A stretch of DNA of 64,000 bases from Flavobacteriales bacterium (GTDB taxonomy: Bacteria > Bacteroidota > Bacteroidia > NS11-12g > UBA955): contig JAHEMG010000012.1 in the NCBI GenBank assembly GCA_024643755.1, positions 4,574 through 68,573 on the forward strand, written 5' to 3'. Positions 9,585 to 17,991 of this stretch are shown piece by piece (position 1 is the first letter of the stretch; each line of letters begins with the position of its first letter). The notes below the pieces were generated by a model that was not told the origin of the DNA, made no database searches, and saw only the letters and a list, made by a program, of their open reading frames with translations. The translations under genes and the position numbers were made by a program.

Positions 9585-10953
9585 AAACCGATTGATTCTT
9601 TTTGTACTGGCGCTGCTGGTAGTTTCTCATGGGCGGGCGCAGTCGGCGGGTGGACAAAACCTGACCTTTTCGCCGTACAGCAATTTTGGCATTGGGGAGT
9701 GGTTGGGCACGAATCAGGTGCAGTGTGGCAGCAATTTGCACACACGCTCTGGGGCTTATTCTTACACGATGCACAATCCGGCCACATTGGGCAATTTGTA
9801 CTATACCACGTTTGATGTGGGCGGGAGTTTCAAGGCCGCGAAAATTCAGGCGGGCGACCAAACCCAAACGTTTCAGGGCGGTGGCTTGGGCTATTTGAAT
9901 CTGGGCTTTCGCACCTATAATTACTATCACCGCAAGGCGATTTTGGACAGTATCACCAAGCAAAAGCGGATCAAGAGCACGCGCTACGGCATCAACTCTG
10001 CGGTATCGTTGCAGCCATTGACCACGGTGGGGTATCAGTACACGTTTCGCGATAGCACGCCTTTCATCAACCGCACCACCCACGCGGGTTACGGCGGGGT
10101 GAACATGGTGGAGTTGGCGAATGGGTTTCGTTTCGGACAGCATTTGAGTTTGGGATACAGTGTAGGTCGGGTATTTGGTCAGTTGAACGACCAGTCGATT
10201 TTCAGTGTGCCCGATAGCAATGATTTGAATTTGGTGGAGGACATCAAATCGGTGAATATTCATGGTTTCCAGCAGAAGGTGGGCATCATGGCTTTTTTCA
10301 AGTTGGATTCTACTTACCATACGCTGGGTGCGAGTGCGCAGTTTTTCAGCGGTGTGAAGGGCGAGCAATTGCGATTCACCCGTACGATGGATTTGGTGGG
10401 AAGTCAGGTGTACGTGGTTGACACGGTATTGAATGCGTTGTCGCCAAAAACGGCTTTGTCGTTGCCGAGCAGTTTCGGTGCGGGGTATCAGTTCCAATTC
10501 CGTCAGCGATGGTCGGTGGCGTTGGATTACCGCAAGCAGGTATGGGGACAGTTGGATCCGATGTTTTTTGACGCGGGCAGGCGGTACATAGATCGCACGG
10601 ATTACGGCTTTACGTTCACGTTGAATCCCAATGATTACAAGCATCCGAGTCACAAGAAGATGCGTTGGCCGGTAAGGGTTGGGGGCGTTTTGTCTGAGAC
10701 CCAATACAGTTTCACGAAGCCGGGCTCTGTGGGCAGCAATCGCATTGTGCAGCAGCGCGCGTTTGTGGGATTTGGTGTGCCATTGGTCCGCAGATACTAC
10801 GACAATACAGCGGTGAGCAGTGTGGTGCATGTGCAGATTGATTATGTGCAGCGCGGTTTGGCTACGGATGGTTTGGCCAAGGAGCAGTTCATCAATCTTA
10901 CGTTGGGATTGCAGTTGGGCGATGTTTGGTTCCAACGCAGAAAATTCGATTAA
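9571..10953 (+). CDS. outer-membrane beta-barrel protein (porin/FadL-like)
   Basis: Signal peptide LILFVLALLVVSHGRAQ, followed by the SPYSNFGIGEW motif common at the start of Bacteroidota OMPs. Alternating aromatic/Gly-rich strands. The 488-aa antisense ORF 9469..10935 is judged a shadow. Confidence 0.6.
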   Translation: MRTNKNRLILFVLALLVVSHGRAQSAGGQNLTFSPYSNFGIGEWLGTNQVQCGSNLHTRSGAYSYTMHNPATLGNLYYTTFDVGGSFKAAKIQAGDQTQTFQGGGLGYLNLGFRTYNYYHRKAILDSITKQKRIKSTRYGINSAVSLQPLTTVGYQYTFRDSTPFINRTTHAGYGGVNMVELANGFRFGQHLSLGYSVGRVFGQLNDQSIFSVPDSNDLNLVEDIKSVNIHGFQQKVGIMAFFKLDSTYHTLGASAQFFSGVKGEQLRFTRTMDLVGSQVYVVDTVLNALSPKTALSLPSSFGAGYQFQFRQRWSVALDYRKQVWGQLDPMFFDAGRRYIDRTDYGFTFTLNPNDYKHPSHKKMRWPVRVGGVLSETQYSFTKPGSVGSNRIVQQRAFVGFGVPLVRRYYDNTAVSSVVHVQIDYVQRGLATDGLAKEQFINLTLGLQLGDVWFQRRKFD

Positions 10954-10955
10954 GG

Positions 10956-11537
10956 ATGCGCGGGCTGTTGACCATCGCCATATTGGTATTTGCGGGTTGC
11001 AGCGATTCCGGAAAAACGGTTGTTGTTAAGAAGAAAAAGCAGGCCTTTGAGGCGGCGGAGTATGCGGAAAAGGTGACGATAGAGTACACCGATTCGGGCA
11101 AGTTGCGCGCGCGGGTATTTAGTCCGCTGTTGACCGCAGTAAAATCGAAAAGAAACCCTTATTTGTTGATGAAAAAGGGCCTGAAAGTCGATTTTTACGA
11201 TGAAAAAGGGGCCTTGGAGAGCTATATGACGGCCGAGTATGGCATTAGCTACATGGACGAAAAGAAGGTGATTGTGCGCAGGAACGTGGAGATATTGAAC
11301 ATCAAGGGGGAGACGTTGAACACCGAGGAATTGGTGTGGGACCAGCAGTCGGGGGTGATTCGGACCGACAAATTTGTAAAGATCACCGGGCAGGACCAGA
11401 TCACGACGGGCACTGGGCTGGTGAGCAATCAGGCATTTACTGATTGGGAGATCATCAATTATTCAGGAACAATCAATTTACCCAATGATAAAAAACCACG
11501 TCCTCGCCCTCTTATCCCTGGTCGCGGCCGCTATTAG
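10956..11537 (+). CDS. lptC: LPS export periplasmic protein LptC-like lipoprotein
   Basis: Start moved to the ATG at 10956: MRGLLTIAILVFAGC is a lipobox. Size, position downstream of coaX and OstA-like beta-rich sequence fit LptC. Confidence 0.6.
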   Translation: MRGLLTIAILVFAGCSDSGKTVVVKKKKQAFEAAEYAEKVTIEYTDSGKLRARVFSPLLTAVKSKRNPYLLMKKGLKVDFYDEKGALESYMTAEYGISYMDEKKVIVRRNVEILNIKGETLNTEELVWDQQSGVIRTDKFVKITGQDQITTGTGLVSNQAFTDWEIINYSGTINLPNDKKPRPRPLIPGRGRY

Positions 11538-11685
11538 CGGAACCGAGAGTTTAATGCAGTTTTACTTCAAGGGCGCTGGCTCGGGTGCTGCCTGGCTGAT
11601 GTTGGGGGTGTTTGGCGCGAGTTTTTATTTTTACGTGCGATTCAAGAAGGCGCGCAGGGAGATGATGCAACAAGGCAAACGCTAA
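11485..11685 (+). CDS. small two-TM membrane protein
   Basis: 66-aa ORF with two hydrophobic helices and a basic tail (KKARREMMQQGKR). Overlaps the lptC 3' end by 53 nt, so it is uncertain. Confidence 0.3.
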   Translation: MIKNHVLALLSLVAAAISGTESLMQFYFKGAGSGAAWLMLGVFGASFYFYVRFKKARREMMQQGKR

Positions 11686-11690
11686 ATCTT

Positions 11691-11698
11691 TATCTTCG
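11691..11698 (+). promoter_or_regulatory. -7-like promoter box (TATCTTCG) for pheT
   Basis: TAnnTTcG variant, 9 nt before the ATG at 11708. Confidence 0.35.
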
Positions 11699-11707
11699 CA
11701 AGGCGTC

Positions 11708-14041
11708 ATGAAAATTTCCATTGATTGGTTGAAATCGCTGTTGCCCACGGAGGCATCGGCACAAGAAATATCAGATTTATTGTCGGTCAGCGGCCTAGAA
11801 GTCGAGCACCTAGAAACCTGGCACAGTGCGGGTTCTGGCCTGCAGGGCTTTGTGGTTGGCGAGGTGATGACTTGCGAAACGCATCCCAATGCCGATCGTT
11901 TGCGCGTAACCACGGTGAATGTGGGTGGCGATGCATTGCTGCCGATTGTGTGTGGGGCGCCGAATGTGGCGGCCGGACAAAAAGTAATTGTTGCGTTGGT
12001 AGGCACTGAGATTGAGATGGCGGGCAAGGAACCTTTTGTGATTGGCAAGGCGAAGATTCGCGGCGAGGTATCGGAGGGGATGATTTGCGCGGAGGACGAG
12101 TGTGGGATGGGAAACAGTCACGACGGCATCATGGTATTACCGGCAGACGCGAAAGTGGGGATGTTGGCCAGTGAATATTTTGGCGTGGTGAGCGATGAGG
12201 TGATGGAAATAGGACTTACGGCGAACCGTGGAGATGCGGCCTCGCATGTGGGTGTTGCCAATGATTTGGCGGCGTTGTTGCAGTTGCCGTTCTCGCGCAT
12301 CGCCCAGAAACAGGCAGAAGACAGCGCAGTTTGGCGTTCAAAGTCAGCGGGCAGAAAAGTACACATTGAGGACGCGCAGTGGTGCGAGCGATATATTGCG
12401 TTGAGTGTTTCGGGTGTGGCCTTGGGCGATAGTGAAGCATTTGTAAAGAACCGTTTGCGTGCGATTGGCATTGAGCCGAGGAACAATGTGGTGGATGCTA
12501 CGAATTACTTTTTGCATCAGACCGGACAGCCGAGTCATGCGTTTGACGCGGACAAGGTGAAGGGCGATATTACGGTGCGATTGGCCAGGGCGGGGGAGAC
12601 GTTGGTGTTGTTGGATGGCAAGTCGATTGAATTGCACGCGGAGGATGTGGTGATTGCCGACGAACGCGGTGCGATTGCGTTGGCTGGGGTGATGGGCGGC
12701 AAGGACACGGCGGTTACGGCCGATACTACGTCGGTTTTGTTGGAGGTCGCGCATTTTCATCCTACGGCGGTGCGGAAGGCGGCGAAGCGACACAATTTGC
12801 ATACGGATGCGGGCTTCAGGTTTGAGCGCGGGGTGGATAAGGAGAATATGGCATCGGTGGCGATGCAGCTTGCGCAGCATTTGGAGCAGTATGCGGAGGG
12901 TAGTTGGGGTGCGACAACAGCGGTGTATCCGGTGGTGTTTAAGGAGCGCGAGATTGTGCTGAAGGTGGATGCGTTGACGGCTTTTGCGGGCTTGGAGATT
13001 CCGGCTGCGGAGGTTGTGGGCATTTTGGAGCGATTGGGTTTTGGCGTAGAGGGCAGTGGGGTGTTGACGGTGAAGGTACCCGGCTGGCGCAACGATGTTG
13101 AGCAGGCGGTGGATTTATACGAGGAGGTGATGCGCATTTATGGGTACGATCGCGTGCCGATGAATGGCAAGTTGCAGGCGACTTTGGGGACGTTTGAGGG
13201 GATGAAATTGCGGAAGTCGGAGAATGCGTTGCGACAGTATTTGTGTGATCAGGGGTTGTTGGAGGCGGCGACGAATTCGTTGCATCCGGCGGCATGGTAT
13301 CCCGGCAAGGAGGATTTGGTGCATTTGAGCAATCCGTTGAGCAGCGATATGGATGTGATGCGTGCGTCATTGATTCCGGGTTTGTTGCAATCTGTGGCTT
13401 ACAACATCAACCGCAGGGCTGAGGGCGTGAAATTGTTTGAGTTGGGCAGAATTTACCAGAAAACGGCGAAGGGCTTCAGAGAGACCCCAACGTTGACGAT
13501 GGTTTTTTGGGGCAGTGTGGCAGCGGAGAGCTGGGAAGATAAGCCCCGGGAGATTGGATATTACGACATCAAACGGTTGTTGCAGGGGATGTTGGTGCGA
13601 TTGGGCAGCAAGGTTTCTGTGGACACGTTGGAGATTGTGCAGGCGCCGAAGGCCTGGTTGAAGGCGGCGGATATTTCGAGCACGGTGTGGTGTGTGGAGA
13701 TTGCTTGGCGCAAGTTGTTGGGCAACAAGGGCGAGGGTTTGTCGGTGAAGTCGGCCCCCAAGTTCCCGGGCATGCGCAGGGATTTGAGTTTGGTGGTGGA
13801 AAAATCTCTTGATTTTGCTTCTTTGAAGGATGTTGTGAAAGGTGTCAAACTACCATTGTTGCAAGACGTAAGGGTGTTTGATGTTTTTGAAGGCAAGCCA
13901 TTGGATGTAAACAAAAAAGCGGTCGCATTGAGTTTTCATTTTTTGAATACAGAGGCAACACTAACCGACGTTGAGGTTGATGCATGTATGCTAAAACTGA
14001 TGAAAGCTTTCGAAACCGCCGGCGCCAACATTCGTAAATAA
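11708..14041 (+). CDS. pheT: phenylalanine--tRNA ligase beta subunit
   Basis: MKISIDWLK start, tRNA-binding OB domain (HPNADRLRVTTVNVG, VCGAPNV), B3/4, B5 and FDX-ACB regions. 777 aa. Confidence 0.95.
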   Translation: MKISIDWLKSLLPTEASAQEISDLLSVSGLEVEHLETWHSAGSGLQGFVVGEVMTCETHPNADRLRVTTVNVGGDALLPIVCGAPNVAAGQKVIVALVGTEIEMAGKEPFVIGKAKIRGEVSEGMICAEDECGMGNSHDGIMVLPADAKVGMLASEYFGVVSDEVMEIGLTANRGDAASHVGVANDLAALLQLPFSRIAQKQAEDSAVWRSKSAGRKVHIEDAQWCERYIALSVSGVALGDSEAFVKNRLRAIGIEPRNNVVDATNYFLHQTGQPSHAFDADKVKGDITVRLARAGETLVLLDGKSIELHAEDVVIADERGAIALAGVMGGKDTAVTADTTSVLLEVAHFHPTAVRKAAKRHNLHTDAGFRFERGVDKENMASVAMQLAQHLEQYAEGSWGATTAVYPVVFKEREIVLKVDALTAFAGLEIPAAEVVGILERLGFGVEGSGVLTVKVPGWRNDVEQAVDLYEEVMRIYGYDRVPMNGKLQATLGTFEGMKLRKSENALRQYLCDQGLLEAATNSLHPAAWYPGKEDLVHLSNPLSSDMDVMRASLIPGLLQSVAYNINRRAEGVKLFELGRIYQKTAKGFRETPTLTMVFWGSVAAESWEDKPREIGYYDIKRLLQGMLVRLGSKVSVDTLEIVQAPKAWLKAADISSTVWCVEIAWRKLLGNKGEGLSVKSAPKFPGMRRDLSLVVEKSLDFASLKDVVKGVKLPLLQDVRVFDVFEGKPLDVNKKAVALSFHFLNTEATLTDVEVDACMLKLMKAFETAGANIRK

Positions 14042-14043
14042 CC

Positions 14044-14051
14044 TATTTTCG
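14044..14051 (+). promoter_or_regulatory. -7-like promoter box (TATTTTCG)
   Basis: TAnnTTcG variant, 4 nt before the ATG at 14056. Confidence 0.4.
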
Positions 14052-14055
14052 CAGT

Positions 14056-14838
14056 ATGGAGTTGACCAGTGTAATTTACGAGAAGCGCGGCAGTGTGGCG
14101 CACATCACCTTAAACCGTCCGGATGTATTCAATGCGTTCGATGAAACCCAAAGTTATGATTTGCAAGCGGCCTTGAAGGAAGCGAACAAGGATGCCGAGG
14201 TGAGGGTGTTGGTGCTATCGGGAGCGGGCAAGGCGTTTTGCAGTGGTCAGGATTTGAAGGCGATCGCGGGATCTAAGAACCGTTCATTGAGCGAGTCGTT
14301 GTACAAGCGTTACAACCCAATCATTAAGGCGATGCGCGAGATGCCTAAGCCCATCATTGGCAGGATCAACGGCGTGGCTGCAGGTGCGGGAGCATCGTTG
14401 GCGTTGGCCTGCGATTTCATTGTGGCAGCTGAAAATGCATCGTTCATAGAGGTTTTTGTGAATGTGGGTTTGGTGCCCGATTCGGGTTCATCGTACTTTT
14501 TACCCAAGGCGATTTCGCCTGCCAGAGCGTTTGAGATGGCCACGATGGCGCCAAAGATTTCTGCGGCCCAGGCCTTGGAATGGGGCTTGGTGAACAGGGT
14601 GGTTTCGTTGGAGGGGTTGGACGAGGAAGTGGCGAAGGTAGCTGACTATTACGCGCAGGCACCCACCATGGCGATTGGCATGATCAAGAAGATGTTGAAC
14701 AAGGCCGGACATTCGGATTTGCAAACCATGTTGCAGTATGAGGCCTACTGTCAGGAGATTGCCGGCAGGAGCGAAGATTACCGCGAGGGTGTAACGGCGT
14801 TCAACGAAAAACGCAAGCCCGTTTTCAAGGGCAAGTAA
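14056..14838 (+). CDS. enoyl-CoA hydratase/isomerase family protein
   Basis: Crotonase signatures: ITLNRPDVFNAF, VLSGAGKAFCSGQDL, NGVAAGAGASLALACD. 260 aa. Confidence 0.9.
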   Translation: MELTSVIYEKRGSVAHITLNRPDVFNAFDETQSYDLQAALKEANKDAEVRVLVLSGAGKAFCSGQDLKAIAGSKNRSLSESLYKRYNPIIKAMREMPKPIIGRINGVAAGAGASLALACDFIVAAENASFIEVFVNVGLVPDSGSSYFLPKAISPARAFEMATMAPKISAAQALEWGLVNRVVSLEGLDEEVAKVADYYAQAPTMAIGMIKKMLNKAGHSDLQTMLQYEAYCQEIAGRSEDYREGVTAFNEKRKPVFKGK

Positions 14839-14933
14839 GGGTTTTTTCCCATACGAAATCCGTCAAAGTAGTGTCACTAGATGGGAATGCCCATCATTTT
14901 GCAGTATTTTGCGGTTCTATGGTGTTTTTTCCA

Positions 14934-16346
14934 ATGGGAAATGTTCGTTTGAAGGTGATTGGCTTGTTCATGGGTGCCGCTATGTTGGTGGGTACCGCAC
15001 AGGCGCAAGGTGTTGTGAATCCGCATGCCGATGAGCCCTGTGGCTATGCCACGGTGTTGCAGCAGTTGGAGCAGCAGTATCCGGGCTTTAAGGCATCGTA
15101 CGATCAGCAGACCCAGCGTGCGTTGCAGTTGGATGCCCAGAAGTTGGCGACGCAAACGCTATCGAACCGAAAAAAGAAGATCAGCGATACCCTGTATTAC
15201 TACGACACGGTGTACACCATTCCGGTGGTATTTCACGTGATTTATAATGTGGCGAATGAGAATTTGCACGATTCGTTGATCATTTCGCAGTTGGCAGTGT
15301 TGAACCGCGATTTCAACCGGTTGAATTCTGATTCGGTAAAAACCCGAAACATTTTCAAATCCCGCGCTGGCACGGCACGCATTCAGTTTGAGTTTGCAAA
15401 GGTGGACCCTAACGGGGTGGCTACCACGGGGATTGTGCGGAAGTCGACCACCAAAACAACTTTTGGTTCAGCGGGCGGTGGGATACAGGATTTGATGAAG
15501 GCAACGGCTACGGGCGGTGATGATCCTTGGGATCCAGCCAAGTATTTGAATATTTGGGTATGTGATTTGAGCGTGAACAACCAAGATGCGTTGTTGGGGT
15601 ATGCGTATCCGCCGTACGGACATCCATCGTGGACGAGCGGTTCATGGGTTGCGGACAGCAAGCAGGGCGTGGTGTTGCATTACAAGGTGGTGGGCCGAAA
15701 CAACCCAAGGGCTACCGGGGCGATTGCCTCGTCGAACATGGGACGTTGTGCGGTGCATGAGGTAGGACATTTTTTTGGTTTGCGCCACATTTGGGCCGAT
15801 GACCAATATTCAGCGAACAAGTGTTTGGTGGATGATTACATTGACGACACCCCGTTACAGGGCATCGGTGCTGGGTTTACGTGTAATTTGGGCGGGAATA
15901 CTTGCATTGAGTCGAAGAACGATTTGCCGGATATGTTCGAGAATTACATGGACTATTCCACAGAGGCGTGTCAGAATTTGTTTACGAAGCGACAGGTGCA
16001 GATGATGCGCACGTCGATCACCGACTTCCGTACGGAGTTGCCGATCAAGCGCGAGATTATCACTAGGATGCGTGTGTTTGATACTGTGGTGTACGACGAG
16101 GTGTTGATTTATCCGGTGGATACGGAGACGGATGTAGTGGTAGAGGTGAGGAACGAGGAATTGTTGGAGATGGTGGATGTGCAGTTTTTTGATTTGCTAG
16201 GTCGGGAGTTAACGGAGTTGGTGGCATTGAAGCAAAACGAAACGCGGTTCGATACCCAAACTTGGGCATCGGGCTATTACGTGGCGGTGCTAAAACGCAG
16301 CTCTGATGGCAAAGTGATTCGGAAGCAGAAGTTGTTTGTGGACTGA
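14934..16346 (+). CDS. secreted M43 (pappalysin-like) zinc metalloprotease with T9SS-type C-terminal domain
   Basis: Start moved to 14934 (signal peptide MGNVRLKVIGLFMGAAMLVGTAQAQ). Zinc motif HEVGHFFGLRHIW. The C-terminal ~80 aa (GYYVAVLKRSSDGKVIRKQKLFVD) resemble a Por secretion tail. Confidence 0.8.
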   Translation: MGNVRLKVIGLFMGAAMLVGTAQAQGVVNPHADEPCGYATVLQQLEQQYPGFKASYDQQTQRALQLDAQKLATQTLSNRKKKISDTLYYYDTVYTIPVVFHVIYNVANENLHDSLIISQLAVLNRDFNRLNSDSVKTRNIFKSRAGTARIQFEFAKVDPNGVATTGIVRKSTTKTTFGSAGGGIQDLMKATATGGDDPWDPAKYLNIWVCDLSVNNQDALLGYAYPPYGHPSWTSGSWVADSKQGVVLHYKVVGRNNPRATGAIASSNMGRCAVHEVGHFFGLRHIWADDQYSANKCLVDDYIDDTPLQGIGAGFTCNLGGNTCIESKNDLPDMFENYMDYSTEACQNLFTKRQVQMMRTSITDFRTELPIKREIITRMRVFDTVVYDEVLIYPVDTETDVVVEVRNEELLEMVDVQFFDLLGRELTELVALKQNETRFDTQTWASGYYVAVLKRSSDGKVIRKQKLFVD

Positions 16347-16347
16347 T

Positions 16348-17874
16348 TTACAATTCTTTTCTCAGCCTAGCTACTGGGATACCAAGCTGTTCGCGGTATT
16401 TGGCCACGGTTCTGCGGGCGATGTTGTACCCTTTTTCCTTGAGTAAATCCATCAGGGCCTCGTCGGTAAGGGGTTTAACCTTGTCCTCCTGACCAATGGC
16501 ATCACTCAGAATCTTCTTGATTTCGCGGTTGCTGACTTCCTCGCCCTCTTCGTTGGTGAGTCCTTCAGAGAAGAAAAACTTCAACGGAAAAATGCCAAAG
16601 TCGGTTTCCACGTATTTGCTGTTCGCCACCCGTGAAATGGTAGAAATATCGAGTTCCACCTGCTGGGCGATGTCTTTGAGGATCATGGGCCTGAGCTTGG
16701 TTTCGTCGCCCCCCTCTAGGAAGAAGTCGCGCTGACGTTGCACAATCGCCTGCATGGTCTTCATGAGGGTGTTTTGTCGCTGTTTTACGCTATCAATAAA
16801 CCATTTGGCGCCATCCACTTTCTGTTTGATGTATTGCACGGCATCGCGGAGTTGTTTTTCCTTGTGGGCGCTGGACTCATAGGCCTTGAGGGTTTCCACG
16901 TAGGAGGCGCTGAGGCGCAATTCGGGGGCGTTTCTGCCATTGAGGCGCACCTGCAACACCCCATCGTCGTTGCTGACCGAAAAATCAGGGACGATATACT
17001 GGGTTTTGACGCTCACACTGCCGGTTTCTCCGGGTTTGGGATTGAGTTTGAGGATCTCGTTCATGGCGGCTTTGAGCTGCTCGTCGTTGATCTTCAGACT
17101 CTTTTTGATTTTGTCGTAATGTTTTTTGGTAAAGGCCTCGAATTGCTGGGAGAGCAATTTCTCTGCCAGGTCAATGGCGGGGTTATCGCCATAGTCTTTC
17201 TTGTATAGTTGCAGCAACAGGCATTCCTGCAGGTCGCGGGCGGCTATCCCCGGCGGGTCGAAATTCTGAATTTTGATTAACAGACGCTCCAATTTGGCCT
17301 CGGTGGTGATGATGTTTTCATTGAAGGCGAGGTCATTCACGATGCTGCGGAGTTCGCGACGTAAATAGCCATCATCTTCGATGCTGCCGATGAGGTGGTA
17401 AACGAGTTCAAGCTCTTGGTCCTCGAAAATGGCCCTTGCTTGCTCGTAGAGGTATTCGTGGAAGGTGCTTTGCGCTGCCATGGGCATGTCGCGCTGCTCC
17501 TCGTTGTTGTAGTCTTCACCCATGCGAAAACTGCCATAATCATCGTCTCCGCCGGCGCGCAGAAGTTCGTCTACGTTGATGTCTTGGCTGTATTCGTCGA
17601 AGTCGCTGTTGACGTTCAGGTCTTCTGCGTCGTAATTGTCCTTGGATTCGTCGGATTTTTCCTTCTGCAATTCGTTGTTGCGCTCGTCGCCACCGCGGTA
17701 ATCGATGCCTTCATCCACGCCTTCCAGGTTTTCTAGGGCGGGATTGTCGAGCAGCTCTTGACTCACCTTTTCCTCAAAGTCCTGGGTATTGAGCTGCAGC
17801 AGCTTGATGAACTGAATCTGTTGGGGACTCAGCTTTTGCAGAAACTTTTGCGATAACTCTTGTTTGAGGGCCAT
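16348..17874 (-). CDS. rpoN: RNA polymerase sigma-54 factor
   Basis: N-terminal LSPQQIQFIKLLQL, acidic region II, and C-terminal RpoN box ARRTVAKYREQLGIP. 508 aa. Confidence 0.95.
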   Translation of the reverse strand: MALKQELSQKFLQKLSPQQIQFIKLLQLNTQDFEEKVSQELLDNPALENLEGVDEGIDYRGGDERNNELQKEKSDESKDNYDAEDLNVNSDFDEYSQDINVDELLRAGGDDDYGSFRMGEDYNNEEQRDMPMAAQSTFHEYLYEQARAIFEDQELELVYHLIGSIEDDGYLRRELRSIVNDLAFNENIITTEAKLERLLIKIQNFDPPGIAARDLQECLLLQLYKKDYGDNPAIDLAEKLLSQQFEAFTKKHYDKIKKSLKINDEQLKAAMNEILKLNPKPGETGSVSVKTQYIVPDFSVSNDDGVLQVRLNGRNAPELRLSASYVETLKAYESSAHKEKQLRDAVQYIKQKVDGAKWFIDSVKQRQNTLMKTMQAIVQRQRDFFLEGGDETKLRPMILKDIAQQVELDISTISRVANSKYVETDFGIFPLKFFFSEGLTNEEGEEVSNREIKKILSDAIGQEDKVKPLTDEALMDLLKEKGYNIARRTVAKYREQLGIPVARLRKEL

Positions 17875-17878
17875 AACA

Positions 17879-17886
17879 CAAATATA
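17879..17886 (-). promoter_or_regulatory. -7 promoter box (TATATTTG on minus strand) for rpoN
   Basis: Perfect TAnnTTTG, 4 nt before the rpoN ATG (17874..17872). Confidence 0.5.
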
Positions 17887-17939
17887 GGTAAGGGCGCCCT
17901 AATATCAAATATCGTGCCAAAAATTTTAAACCCTTTTCT

Positions 17940-17947
17940 TATCTTTG
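17940..17947 (+). promoter_or_regulatory. -7 promoter box (TATCTTTG) for asnS
   Basis: Perfect TAnnTTTG, 44 nt before the ATG at 17992. Confidence 0.4.
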
Positions 17948-17991
17948 TGCAAGCAATTTTTTAGCGAACCTAACAAAACAAGCGTTTTAAC

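Noticed and set aside
9469-10935. 488-aa minus-strand ORF
   Set aside because: It is an Arg/His/Gln-rich shadow of the plus-strand OMP gene (9571..10953), which has a signal peptide and OMP-like features.
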